NCBI GenBank assembly: GCA_003171255.1
Contig: PMYK01000013.1
Span: 1 to 61,668, forward strand
Source: Chloroflexota bacterium
GTDB taxonomy: Bacteria > Chloroflexota > Limnocylindria > Limnocylindrales > CSP1-4
Length of the DNA stretch: 61,668 nt
Reading direction: 5' to 3'
The notes under the pieces are model-generated. The model saw nothing but the letters and a program-made list of their open reading frames with translations. It did no database searches and was not told where the DNA came from. Positions 27,669 to 37,473 of this stretch are shown here, in pieces. Within the stretch, counting starts at the first letter, position 1. Each line of letters begins with the position of its first letter. A program made the position numbers and the translations under genes.

Positions 27669-27893
27669 GGCGCCAGTCTATCGGGCAGCCCGAGCGGTGT
27701 AACGACATCATCTCTTCTCGTGCAGCGGCGCGCCTCTCCGGCGGCGGCAAGACGCAAGACGAAGGATCGAGTGCACGGGGACGTTGCAACGACGTCCGGA
27801 GTGCATTCCGCCGACCCGCCCTGTTGTTTGACACCTGGCGTCGTGGCATCAAACTGAAGGTCAGCGAGCAACCGTCACTCGCGGGGGAGGCCC

Positions 27894-28478
27894 ATGAACG
27901 AAGTGGATCGTATTACTGCACTCCGGCGTGAACTGTCGGACGAGGCCCAGAGGCTGGCCATTGACGCCGAGTACACCGGCCGCCAGCACCTGATGGCCGG
28001 CCAGCGATGGCGACGGTGGGCGTTCAGGATCGGTCTGCCCGCAGCGATCCTGGCCGCATCGGTTGGTTCGGGTGCCGCAGGGCTCACAGCACTCTTTGGT
28101 GCGGATGCGCGGATCACTGCAGTTATTGGTTTTGCCGGCGCGATCGTTGGCGGCATTCGCCTCTTTGTGAAAGCGGACGACCAAGCGGCTGCACACAGCA
28201 CCAAGGGGGCTCAGTACCTCGCCATCCGTGGAGAAGCTCGCCGCTTCCGCAAGATCGACCTGAACAGCGATGGTGACCATTCCGTGCTCACCAAGCAGCT
28301 CCACGATCTCGCAACCCGGCTGGATGCCCTGCGGGAAGTGGAGCCACGCGAGTTGCCGCCCGGCATGTACGAGAAGGTGAAGAACCAGATCAAGAATGGG
28401 AACTATTCGTACGAGAACGATCCGCTCTGGGAGCACGAGGGGGAGCCACGTGGCGACGACGGTCACAAAGGCGTTTGA
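27894..28478 (+). CDS. SLATT-like two-TM effector candidate
   Basis: ATG preceded by GGGGGAGG. An N-terminal helix is followed by two adjacent TM helices (AFRIGLPAAILAASVGSGAAGLTALF and ITAVIGFAGAIVGGIRLFV), then a helical C-terminus. Lies immediately upstream of, and overlapping, the SMODS-like genes. Confidence 0.6.
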   Translation: MNEVDRITALRRELSDEAQRLAIDAEYTGRQHLMAGQRWRRWAFRIGLPAAILAASVGSGAAGLTALFGADARITAVIGFAGAIVGGIRLFVKADDQAAAHSTKGAQYLAIRGEARRFRKIDLNSDGDHSVLTKQLHDLATRLDALREVEPRELPPGMYEKVKNQIKNGNYSYENDPLWEHEGEPRGDDGHKGV

Positions 28479-29319
28479 CGAACTACTAGCTAACCTGCGA
28501 CTTACGGAATACGAAGAGAGCATGGCTGCCGGCCGTGTTCGGAACGTCCAGAAGATCCTGACCGAGAGCTACACCTGTGCTCAAAACCCCTGGGCGATAG
28601 GGTCCTACGGACGCCAGACTCTCGTCAGATGGAAGCGCGACATCGACATGATGGTCGCCTTCGGTGACGTTTACTGGCCGACCTACCAGTACGACTCTCG
28701 GTCCTTCCTGTACGCCGTCCGAAACGTCCTGAACAAGGCATACGGGAACACGGACGTGAGCAGCAAGCAGGTCGCCGTCAGGATGCTGCTAACTGGCGGC
28801 CTTCAGGTCGATCTCGTCCCCACGTTCGTGTGTGCCTCCGGCGGTTTCTACATGCCCGACGGCCGGAAGGGCTGGAAGAAGACCAACCCTCCGTATCACG
28901 ACACCCTGATGACGGACGCAAACGTTCGTCTGGGATCAAAGCTGAAGCCGGTCGTGCGCCTGATGAAGGCGTGGAACCACGTGAACGGCCGGCACCTCCA
29001 CTCGTTCCACCTGGAAATGGTTGTCGAGCGAATGTGGCGAAATGCGACTGCGTTGCCGGCGACTCCTGCGGCACTATGCGAGAGCCTCCGTGCTGCCTCG
29101 TCGTGGGTTGCGTCCAGTCTTGCGGATCCCTGGACCGGGTCTAGCGAGATGCTCGACGCATACCTGAACGCCGACGAGCGGGCTCTCACGGTGCGCCTCT
29201 TGAAGGAGGACGCCGCCCGCGCCAAGGACGCGCTCAAGCTGGCCGAGGATGGCGAGATGGTCAAGGCGTTTGAGCGATGGAACGTCGTCTTCAACAAGCA
29301 GTTCCCCGCGTACGGCTGA
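28450..29319 (+). CDS. SMODS/CD-NTase-like nucleotidyltransferase, paralog 1
   Basis: Pol-beta NTase core IGSYGRQT...DIDMMV...VDLVP. C-terminal KPVVRLMKAWN...SFHLEMVVERMW. The GTG 28450 start (RBS GAGGGGGAG) overlaps the SLATT gene by 29 nt. The ORF is open from 28396. Confidence 0.7.
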   Translation: MATTVTKAFDELLANLRLTEYEESMAAGRVRNVQKILTESYTCAQNPWAIGSYGRQTLVRWKRDIDMMVAFGDVYWPTYQYDSRSFLYAVRNVLNKAYGNTDVSSKQVAVRMLLTGGLQVDLVPTFVCASGGFYMPDGRKGWKKTNPPYHDTLMTDANVRLGSKLKPVVRLMKAWNHVNGRHLHSFHLEMVVERMWRNATALPATPAALCESLRAASSWVASSLADPWTGSSEMLDAYLNADERALTVRLLKEDAARAKDALKLAEDGEMVKAFERWNVVFNKQFPAYG

Positions 29320-30236
29320 TGTCGCGCACAGTGTCGGCCGCCTTCAACGCTTTGCTTTCCGATCTGCAGCTGACGCCTCGACAACGTGAGCTCGCGCAGG
29401 GACGGATCATGCACTTGCGCCGGTTCTTCGCCGCCTACGCCTTGAGCCGCGAACCCTGGGCGATCGGGTCTTACGGCCGCGGAACCGTGATCCGTCGAGA
29501 ACGCGACGTCGACGTCATGGTTGTTCTGGCGGCCAAACCCTACGTCGATCGCTTCCGTCGAGACTCTCGAGCCTTTCTGTATTGGCTGCGAGACGCGCTG
29601 AACGTCGAATACGCGAACACCAGGGTCAGCACACGCAAGGTTGCTTTGTGCATGGACCTTGGCGACGGCCTTGGAGTCGACCTGGTGCCAGCGTTCGACG
29701 TCATTGAGGTGAAGGGACTCTCATGGCTCACCAGAAGACCCCTCGCCACACCCGGAGAGATGGGTTTCTACATCCCGAACGGCAACGGCGGTTGGCAGAT
29801 TACGAACCCGGCGCACCACGACGCGCTCATGCAAGCCGCAGACGTGAGACTGGCCAGCAAGCTCAAGCCGCTCGTGCGTCTCATGAAGCTCTGGAACCGG
29901 GGAGAACACGACCGGCTGAGGTCATTCCATCTCGAGATGATGGTTGAACGCGCGTGGCGCAAGACGACACAGATGCCTCCGCTTCCAGTGGCGATGAGGC
30001 ACACACTGGAGGCCGTGGCTGGCCTGACCAACCACGAGTTCTCAGACCCGTGGCCACAAGGCGGACGCCTGGATCAGTACATTGACGGGGAGACTCGCCG
30101 GAAAGCAGTGAAGGCGCTGCGGGACGACGCGCAACGGGCGACCGACGCACTTGCGTACGAGAACTCTGGCAACCAGAGGGCTGCGTTCGACCGATGGTCA
30201 GTCGTCTTTGGTCGGGACTTCACAGGGTACGGGTGA
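29319..30236 (+). CDS. SMODS/CD-NTase-like nucleotidyltransferase, paralog 2
   Basis: IGSYGRGT...DVDVMV...VDLVP and KPLVRLMKLWN...SFHLEMMVERAW. ATG 29319 overlaps the TGA of paralog 1 (TGATG). Alignable with paralog 1 over its full length. Confidence 0.7.
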   Translation: MSRTVSAAFNALLSDLQLTPRQRELAQGRIMHLRRFFAAYALSREPWAIGSYGRGTVIRRERDVDVMVVLAAKPYVDRFRRDSRAFLYWLRDALNVEYANTRVSTRKVALCMDLGDGLGVDLVPAFDVIEVKGLSWLTRRPLATPGEMGFYIPNGNGGWQITNPAHHDALMQAADVRLASKLKPLVRLMKLWNRGEHDRLRSFHLEMMVERAWRKTTQMPPLPVAMRHTLEAVAGLTNHEFSDPWPQGGRLDQYIDGETRRKAVKALRDDAQRATDALAYENSGNQRAAFDRWSVVFGRDFTGYG

Positions 30237-30525
30237 CGCCAGCGCAGCCAGGAGCCGCCAAGCGAAACGTCAATCTGTCCGCACGGTCGAGGCGAAGAGC
30301 CCGAGTCGCCAGGTCCGGCAGGCCGAGCGGACCGCGACGCGGCTGCGATGGCGGCCGAGCTTCATTTGGCACCGCTCGGGCGCGAAGCACGATAAGTTCG
30401 AGCTTCGGCCGGCTGGCACCGAAGTTGCAGCGGCCGAGTCCTCGCCCGCGCCGAAGTCCGGGTCCGAGAGGGCTCGCTGAGCGGCTATCCTTGGCTCGTC
30501 AGTAGAACAACCGCAGGGGGTCTAA

Positions 30526-32523
30526 GTGGCTGAGGTCAGAGCCGCAATCAACAATCACGCAGGGCTCATCTGGGCCATCGCTGACCTGCTCCGCGGCGAC
30601 TACAAACGCGCCGAATACCAGAAGGTCATCCTGCCTCTGGTCCTGCTACGCCGCCTCGACTGCGTCCTCGAGCCCACCAAGGACAAGGTGCTCGCGCGAG
30701 CCAAGACGATCGAGAGCGAGAACGCCCGGAACGTCGTCCTCAAGACGCTGACGGGCGTCGAGGCATACAACACCAGCCCCTTGACCCTGCACCGGATCCT
30801 GGCCGACCCGCCGCAGGTGGCCGGCAACCTGCGCGCCTGGATCGCCGCGTTCGACCCCGAGACGCGCGACGTCATCGAGAAGTTCGACTTCGATGCCCAG
30901 ATCGGCCGCCTCGACCGCGCCAAGCTGCTGTACCTCGTCCTCTCCAAGGTGACCGAAGTCGATCTGCACCCGGACAAGGTCGACAACGTGGAAATGGGCT
31001 ACGTCTACGAGGAGCTGCTGCGCAAGTTCTCCGAGCTGTCCAACGAGACAGCCGGCGAGCACTTCACGCCGCGGGAAGTCATCCGTCTGATGGTCGATCT
31101 GCTTTTCATCGAGGACGACGACATCCTGCGCACGCCGGGGACGGTGCGGACCATGCTCGACCCCGCCTGCGGCACCGGCGGAATGCTCAGCGTCGCCCAG
31201 GAGTACCTGCGCGAACTGAACCCAACGGCGGAGCTCATCGGATACGGCCAGGAGCTCAACGCCGAGACGTACGCGCTCTGCCGGGCTGACATGATGCTGA
31301 AGGGCCAGAAGGCCACGAACATCGCTCTCGGCAACAGTTTCAGCGAGGACGCCTTCCCAGGCGAACGGTATGACTACCTGCTCGCCAATCCGCCATTCGG
31401 GGTTGAATGGAAGAAGGTCCAGGATGTCGTAGGCGCAGAGCACGAGAAGCTCGGCTTTGCCGGCCGCTTCGGAGCCGGCACGCCTCGGATCAACGACGGC
31501 TCGTTCCTTTTTCTGCAGCACATGATCAGCAAACTGCGCCGGCCCGAAGAGGGCGGCGGCCGCATGGCGATCGTCTTCAACGGCTCGCCCCTGTTCACAG
31601 GCGCGGCGGGTTCGGGCGAGAGCGAGATCCGTCGCTGGCTCATCGAGAATGACTGGCTCGAAGGTATCGTCGCCCTGCCGGAGCAGCTCTTCTACAACAC
31701 CGGCATCAGCACCTACTTCTGGATCGTGACCAACCGCAAGCGCCCCGAGCGCCGCGGCAAGATCCAACTCGTGGACGCGCGCGAGTGCTTCGTGAAGATG
31801 CGCAAGGGCCTCGGAGAAAAGCGCAAGGAAATCAGTGACACGCAGATCGCTGAAGTCACCCGCCTGTATGGCGACTTCAAGGCGGACGAGCGAGTCAAGA
31901 TCCTGCCCAACGAGTCGTTCGGCTACCAGCGGATTACGGTTGAGCGCCCGCTCCGGCGGCGGTATGAAGTGACTGCCGAGACGTTGCCAGCGATCGAGAC
32001 GGCTTCAGGTTGGACGAAGCTGACCGAGCCCGAACGCCTCGCCTTGGTTCAGTTGCTTGAGCGCCTTGCCGCCTTCTCCTCGACTGACCGAACGGCTGTC
32101 GCTGTGAAGCTCGGCCCTTTGCCGAAGGCGATCGAAAAGGCCGTCTGGGAGGCGATCTCGGTCAGTGATCCCGCAGCGCCGGTTGTCAGCGATCGGAAGG
32201 GCCATCCCGAGCCCAATCCGGACTTGCGCGACAACGAGAGCGTCCCCCTGCCAGGCCCGACATCGGGTTTCGAGCCCGATCCGACCGAGCGGCTGGCTAC
32301 TGCGCCCTACAGATCCTCGGTCACTTCCTACATGGCGGCCGAAATCCTGCCGTACGTCCCCGACGCTTGGGTCGACTACTCGAAGACCAAGGTCGGCTAC
32401 GAGATCCCTCTTGCCCGCTTCTTCTACCGATACGCAGAGGTCAGATCCATCGAGGAGATCGACAGCGAAATCCGCGAAGCGAACGAGCAGATACGGCGAC
32501 TCCTGGAGGAACTGGTGCTGTGA
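30526..32523 (+). CDS. hsdM: Type I restriction-modification system, methyltransferase subunit
   Basis: N-terminal HsdM-type helical domain (LWAIADLLRGDYK), SAM motif LDPACGTGGML and catalytic LLANPPFG. Confidence 0.9.
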   Translation: MAEVRAAINNHAGLIWAIADLLRGDYKRAEYQKVILPLVLLRRLDCVLEPTKDKVLARAKTIESENARNVVLKTLTGVEAYNTSPLTLHRILADPPQVAGNLRAWIAAFDPETRDVIEKFDFDAQIGRLDRAKLLYLVLSKVTEVDLHPDKVDNVEMGYVYEELLRKFSELSNETAGEHFTPREVIRLMVDLLFIEDDDILRTPGTVRTMLDPACGTGGMLSVAQEYLRELNPTAELIGYGQELNAETYALCRADMMLKGQKATNIALGNSFSEDAFPGERYDYLLANPPFGVEWKKVQDVVGAEHEKLGFAGRFGAGTPRINDGSFLFLQHMISKLRRPEEGGGRMAIVFNGSPLFTGAAGSGESEIRRWLIENDWLEGIVALPEQLFYNTGISTYFWIVTNRKRPERRGKIQLVDARECFVKMRKGLGEKRKEISDTQIAEVTRLYGDFKADERVKILPNESFGYQRITVERPLRRRYEVTAETLPAIETASGWTKLTEPERLALVQLLERLAAFSSTDRTAVAVKLGPLPKAIEKAVWEAISVSDPAAPVVSDRKGHPEPNPDLRDNESVPLPGPTSGFEPDPTERLATAPYRSSVTSYMAAEILPYVPDAWVDYSKTKVGYEIPLARFFYRYAEVRSIEEIDSEIREANEQIRRLLEELVL

Positions 32524-33686
32524 CAAGAGCCCTTCCGGGCACCTTCCCGGTGGTGCCTCTGCGCCGAGTCTTGAAGAAGCTCGTCCGCCCTGCCGCCAGT
32601 GGGGCTGGAGTGGTGACGGCATTTCGCGATGGCGAGGTCACCCTGAGATCCCTCCGTCGCGAAGACGGGTTCACATTCTCAGATCAGGAGGTTGGCTATC
32701 AAGGTGTCATGTCCGGGGACTTGGTAATACACGGGCTCGACGCCTTCGCCGGGGCCATTGGCGTCTGCGACTCGATTGGGAAATGCAGCCCCGTTTATCA
32801 CGTGTGCGCTCCCGTGGGTCAGGCTGATGTGCGGTACATCGCGTATGCGCTCCGTGCAGAAGCCGAGGCAGGGTTCCTTGAGCTTCAGGCCGGCAATGTG
32901 AGACAACGGGCCGTTGACTTCCGGAACTGGCAAGTCCTAGCTGGGATCGAGGTTCCGCTTCCGGAGGCCCACGTGCAGAGAAGGATCGCGGACTATCTCG
33001 ACAGCCAGGTCGCAACAATCAACGACCTGATTGCGACCTACGATCACCTGCGCCACCTACTGGCCCGGCGGGAGGCCGCGAGTCTTCGGCGGATCGTGGC
33101 TGATGCTCCAGATCCGACTCGCCCGCTCGCGGTTCTCGCGGACTACGTCAACGGGTACCCGTTCAAGCCGGATGACTTCACGCCGACTGGCCTGCCCGTC
33201 ATTCGCATCCGTCAGTTGGTCGATCGAGATGCCGACCAGGATCTTTTCGATGGCTGGGTCCCTGACCGTGTATTGCTGCGAGACAGCGACTTGGTGTTCT
33301 CCTGGTCCGCGAGCCTAGAAGTCCGCGAGTGGGACCGCGGACCGGCCATCCTTAACCAGCACCTATTCCGGGTACTCGCGCATCCGGGGATCGACCCTCG
33401 ATGGCTGAGATGGGCGTTGCACGTGTTGCGGGAAGATTTCGGCGAGCTGATGCACGGATCCACCATGACGCACATAACCCAACCCATGATGCACGCGATC
33501 AGGGTGCCCGTGCCGTCGTTGGAGAAGCAGCATGACGTGGCCGCCACTGCCGACGCGATCCACGCCCAGTCATCCGATGTTCAAAGGCTGGCCGACCAGC
33601 AGATTGCTCGCTTGCGTGAGCGCCGCAAGACGATGCTCGTCGCCGCTGTCACCGGCTGTTTCGACGTACCGGAGGTGGCCGCATGA
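32520..33686 (+). CDS. hsdS: Type I R-M specificity subunit
   Basis: GTG 32520 overlaps the hsdM stop (GTGA). Has two target-recognition halves separated by conserved helical spacers. Sits between hsdM and hsdR. Confidence 0.8.
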   Translation: MTRALPGTFPVVPLRRVLKKLVRPAASGAGVVTAFRDGEVTLRSLRREDGFTFSDQEVGYQGVMSGDLVIHGLDAFAGAIGVCDSIGKCSPVYHVCAPVGQADVRYIAYALRAEAEAGFLELQAGNVRQRAVDFRNWQVLAGIEVPLPEAHVQRRIADYLDSQVATINDLIATYDHLRHLLARREAASLRRIVADAPDPTRPLAVLADYVNGYPFKPDDFTPTGLPVIRIRQLVDRDADQDLFDGWVPDRVLLRDSDLVFSWSASLEVREWDRGPAILNQHLFRVLAHPGIDPRWLRWALHVLREDFGELMHGSTMTHITQPMMHAIRVPVPSLEKQHDVAATADAIHAQSSDVQRLADQQIARLRERRKTMLVAAVTGCFDVPEVAA

Positions 33687-36670
33687 CGGTGTCCGAGCGC
33701 GGGTTCGAGGAAGCGATCACCGCCAGCCTGGTCGAGCAGGGCGGATACCGCGTCTGCAAATGGGGTACGAAACCGGAGTGGTCGGCCGACTTCGATCGGG
33801 TGCGCGGACTCGACACTGCAGAGCTGTTCGCTTTCCTGGCCGAGACGCAGCCCAAGGTTTGTGAGCGGCTGGTAGCGGTTCACGGAGGCGAAGCCGGAGC
33901 TCATCAGCAGTTCGCGGATCGACTGGCCAAGCAGATCGACGAGCGCGGCACGGTCGACGTCCTGCGACATGGCGTCAACGACCACGGCATCGAAGTCCGT
34001 CTAGCGTTCTTCAAGCCGGCCCACGGGCTCACACCCGAGCTGACCGAGCGATACCTCGCCAACCGCCTCACAGTCACGCGCCAGCTCGCGTACGAGCCGG
34101 CGGCGGCGAGGACCCTCGACCTGTGCCTCTTCGTCAACGGCATCCCGGTCGCGACGGCCGAGCTGAAGAACCCCCTCACGCACCAGACCGTCGAGCACGC
34201 CAAGCACCAATACCGAACCGATCGCGACCCGGCCAACGTCACTCTCGGCCGTCGGGCGCTGGTGCATTTCGCCGTCGATCCCGAGTCGGTCGAGATGACG
34301 ACCCGACTCGCAGGCGAGAAGACCGGCTTCCTGCCCTTCAACCGCGGCAACGCTGGCGGCAAGGGCAATCCTCCCGATCCCGATGGCCACCGAACTCGAT
34401 ACCTCTGGGAACAGGTCTGGGCTCACGACGCCTGGCTGGACCTGCTGGGCCGGTTCATCCACGTCGTGCCGGGCGAGGGTTCGACCCATGCCGCCAAGAT
34501 GCGCTCCGGCTCCACGATCTTCCCGCGCTACCACCAGTGGGACGCCGTCCGAAGGATGGAGGCGGCAGCACGCGAGGAAGGGTCGGGCCAGAGCTACCTC
34601 GTCCAGCATTCCGCGGGTTCCGGCAAGTCGAACACAATCGCCTGGCTCGCTCATCGGTTGATGTCGCTGCACGGCCTCGACGATCATCCGGTCTTCGACA
34701 AGGTCGTGGTGATCACCGACCGGGTCATCCTCGACCGCCAGCTGCAGGAGACGATCTTCCAGTTCGAGCACGCGACTGGCGTAGTGACGCCCCTCTTGCA
34801 AGACAGCACGCAACTCGCCGACGCGCTCAACGGCGACCAGTTCCGGATCGTCATTACGACGCTGCAGAAGTTCCCGTTCACGCTCGACAAGGTCAAGGAT
34901 CTCGGCCACCGGCGCTTCGCGGTCATCGTCGATGAGGCCCATTCGAGCCAGACGGGCGAGGCGGCGAAGGATCTGAAGGCTGCCCTCGGATCGGCCTCGA
35001 TCGAGGCGCAACTGGCCCTAGCCGAGCAGACCGAGGCCGCGACGACGCCGCCCGATCTCCAGGACGCTCTCGCCTCGACTGTCGCTGCGCGTGGCCGCCA
35101 GCCGAACTTGTCCTTCTTCGCCTTCACCGCGACCCCGAAGGGTCGGACCCTCGAGCTGTTCGGCCGGCTGAATGCGGAGGGCGTGCACGTGCCCTTCCAC
35201 CTGTACTCCATGCGCCAGGCAATCGAGGAGGGCTTCATCCTCGACGTGCTAGCCAACTACACGACCTACAAGCTGTACTGGAAAGTCGGCAAGGCAGTCA
35301 CCGACGACCCCGTCTACGAGAAGCGCCGAGCACGCCGGTCGATCGCCCGCTTCGTTTCGCTGCACCCGCACAACATCTCTCAGAAGGCGGAGATCATCGT
35401 CGAGCACTTTCGCGAGCACACACGCCGCAAGATCGGCGGCAGGGGCAAGGCGATGGTCGTGACCAGCTCGCGCCTGCACGCCGTCCGCTACAAGCAGGCG
35501 ATCGACCGCTACATCGCGGAGCACGGCTACTCCGACACCCGCGCGCTCGTGGCCTTCTCCGGCAAGGTGGACGACGCCGGCATCGACTTCAGCGAGTCCG
35601 GCATGAACGGCTTCCCCGAGTCGCAGACCGCGGCCCAGTTCGGCGGGCCGGAGTTCGGCGTGTTGATCGTGGCCGAGAAGTTCCAGACCGGCTACGACCA
35701 GCCGCTCCTGCACACGATGTTTGTCGACAAGACGCTCGTTGGGCTGGCCGCGGTCCAGACGCTGAGCCGTCTCAACCGGATCCATCCCGAGAAGAACGAC
35801 ACGTTCGTGCTCGACTTCCGAAACGAGGCCGAGGCGATCACCGAGGCGTTCGCGCCCTGGTATGAGACTACCGTCGCCGAGCCGACCGACCCGAACCTGC
35901 TCCACGACCTGGCGGACCGTCTTCTCTCGCTTCAGGTGCTCGATGACGTGGAGGCGCGGGCCGTGGCCGCGCTCATCGCCGACAGGACCAAGAAGATCAG
36001 CGACCACGGCGCCGTGTACGCGCAGTTGGCGCCGGCCGTGGAACGGTTCAAGGCCAAGCGCCCCGAGGAGCAGGACGAGGTCCGCGACGCTCTCGACCAG
36101 TTCGTCCGTGCCTACTCGTTCCTCAGCCAGGTCGTGGACTTCGGCGACATCTTCCTCGAGGCACTGTATCTGGCCAGCCGGGCGCTGCAGGCGTTGCTGC
36201 CGTCGGAGGGTGGCGGACGGCTGGACCTCGGATCGGAGATAGAGCTGACGCACCTGCGCCTCGAGAAGACCGGCGAGGGCGACATCGGCCCGGACACGGG
36301 CACAGGCGAACTGAAGGCGATCTACTCAGGCGAAGGCAAGCAGGCCGAGGAAGAGCAGGAACGCCTGTCCGCGATCATCTCCGTGCTCAACGACCACTTC
36401 GGCACCGCCCTCGGTCCGGCCGATCAGCTGTTCTTCGACCAGTTGGAGACGACGTGGCTCGGCGACGAGCAGCTAGTCGCGCAGGCTCGCGCCAACCCGA
36501 TCGAGAACTTCAAGCTCGTCTTCGCGGACGTCTTCCTCAAGAGCATCGCGGGCCGCATGGACGACAACGCTGACATCTTCCAGCGCATCCTCGACGACCC
36601 CGCGTTCCAGTCGATCGTGATGAACCACTACCTGCGCCGCGTGTTCACGCAGGCACGGGCGACCTCGTGA
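33683..36670 (+). CDS. hsdR: Type I restriction enzyme R subunit
   Basis: N-terminal nuclease region with DLCLFVNGIPVATAELK (PD-(D/E)xK), helicase motif I HSAGSGKS, motif II VIVDEAHSSQ, and a long C-terminal helical domain. Confidence 0.9.
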   Translation: MTVSERGFEEAITASLVEQGGYRVCKWGTKPEWSADFDRVRGLDTAELFAFLAETQPKVCERLVAVHGGEAGAHQQFADRLAKQIDERGTVDVLRHGVNDHGIEVRLAFFKPAHGLTPELTERYLANRLTVTRQLAYEPAAARTLDLCLFVNGIPVATAELKNPLTHQTVEHAKHQYRTDRDPANVTLGRRALVHFAVDPESVEMTTRLAGEKTGFLPFNRGNAGGKGNPPDPDGHRTRYLWEQVWAHDAWLDLLGRFIHVVPGEGSTHAAKMRSGSTIFPRYHQWDAVRRMEAAAREEGSGQSYLVQHSAGSGKSNTIAWLAHRLMSLHGLDDHPVFDKVVVITDRVILDRQLQETIFQFEHATGVVTPLLQDSTQLADALNGDQFRIVITTLQKFPFTLDKVKDLGHRRFAVIVDEAHSSQTGEAAKDLKAALGSASIEAQLALAEQTEAATTPPDLQDALASTVAARGRQPNLSFFAFTATPKGRTLELFGRLNAEGVHVPFHLYSMRQAIEEGFILDVLANYTTYKLYWKVGKAVTDDPVYEKRRARRSIARFVSLHPHNISQKAEIIVEHFREHTRRKIGGRGKAMVVTSSRLHAVRYKQAIDRYIAEHGYSDTRALVAFSGKVDDAGIDFSESGMNGFPESQTAAQFGGPEFGVLIVAEKFQTGYDQPLLHTMFVDKTLVGLAAVQTLSRLNRIHPEKNDTFVLDFRNEAEAITEAFAPWYETTVAEPTDPNLLHDLADRLLSLQVLDDVEARAVAALIADRTKKISDHGAVYAQLAPAVERFKAKRPEEQDEVRDALDQFVRAYSFLSQVVDFGDIFLEALYLASRALQALLPSEGGGRLDLGSEIELTHLRLEKTGEGDIGPDTGTGELKAIYSGEGKQAEEEQERLSAIISVLNDHFGTALGPADQLFFDQLETTWLGDEQLVAQARANPIENFKLVFADVFLKSIAGRMDDNADIFQRILDDPAFQSIVMNHYLRRVFTQARATS

Positions 36671-37434
36671 CGGTCTCGGACCGCGATCGCAAGATGCTGT
36701 GGGCATTGGCCAGGAACCAGTGCGCAATCTGCAAGATCGAGTTGGTCCGGGCAGCGCGTGGAGGCTCGGCGCCGCTTGTGGTGGGGGAGGAGTGTCACAT
36801 TGCCAGCCCGCGAGGTAACGTGCCACGTGGCACCTCTGATCTGCTGGGGGCAGCGCCAGACAGCTACGAGAACCTGATACTGCTATGCCCGTCTGACCAC
36901 GCGGTCATCGACAAGGCAGAAGAGCAGTATCCGCCGGAACGACTCAGGAGGATCAAGGCCGAGCACGAAGCCTGGGTCAAGACCTCACCTAACGCCATCC
37001 CCGCCCCGCTCAAGATCCGGCGCGGCGCCCCGGCCGTCCTGATCGAAGTGGAAGATGGCCCACAGCTTCTCGCTCTGGTTTGCGGGTGCCACGAGACCAG
37101 CTTGGACCACGAACCCTTGGCCTCTCAGGACGAGGTCGACCTTGTGGGCGGCTTCCTCCAACTCCTGTTCGACACCAACGACCTCTGGAGCGAAATGGAA
37201 CCGGCGTGGCGATGCCAGACCGGCTTCGGAGTCGACAGGCATCTGGATGGACTGCGCGACAGTGGATGGCGCGTGTTTGCGGCGCGGGCTCACGGCCAGC
37301 TGGTTGGCGGCGTCGAGCCTCAGCCAACCACGTGGGATACCGGCTACGTGCGTGTCGTAAGGGCAAACAGCCCTGAGATCTTCCGGATGGACCCAGCCAG
37401 CCGAGAGAGTGGCGTTGTCTCCGCTACCAAGTGA
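36667..37434 (+). CDS. HNH-motif nuclease-like protein, translationally coupled to hsdR
   Basis: CAICK...ECHIAS...NLILLCPSDHAVID (Cys pair plus H-N-H pattern). GTG 36667 overlaps the hsdR stop (GTGA). The C-terminal roughly 150 aa are of unknown function. Confidence 0.6.
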   Translation: MTVSDRDRKMLWALARNQCAICKIELVRAARGGSAPLVVGEECHIASPRGNVPRGTSDLLGAAPDSYENLILLCPSDHAVIDKAEEQYPPERLRRIKAEHEAWVKTSPNAIPAPLKIRRGAPAVLIEVEDGPQLLALVCGCHETSLDHEPLASQDEVDLVGGFLQLLFDTNDLWSEMEPAWRCQTGFGVDRHLDGLRDSGWRVFAARAHGQLVGGVEPQPTTWDTGYVRVVRANSPEIFRMDPASRESGVVSATK

Positions 37435-37473
37435 CGCCCCTCGCGATGGAGCAAGCCATGAGACCGCGCGATT

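Noticed and set aside
27828-27856. TTGACA at 27828-27833 considered as the -35 element of the SLATT cassette promoter.
   Set aside because: No acceptable -10 hexamer lies at 16-18 nt spacing (CAAACT or AAACTG), so it cannot be supported without transcript mapping.
28450-30236. The two nucleotidyltransferases interpreted as MNT-type antitoxins of a HEPN-MNT toxin-antitoxin pair.
   Set aside because: They are about 290-306 aa with a large C-terminal domain, whereas MNT antitoxins are roughly 100-140 aa. No HEPN partner is adjacent, and the upstream partner is a 2-TM protein.
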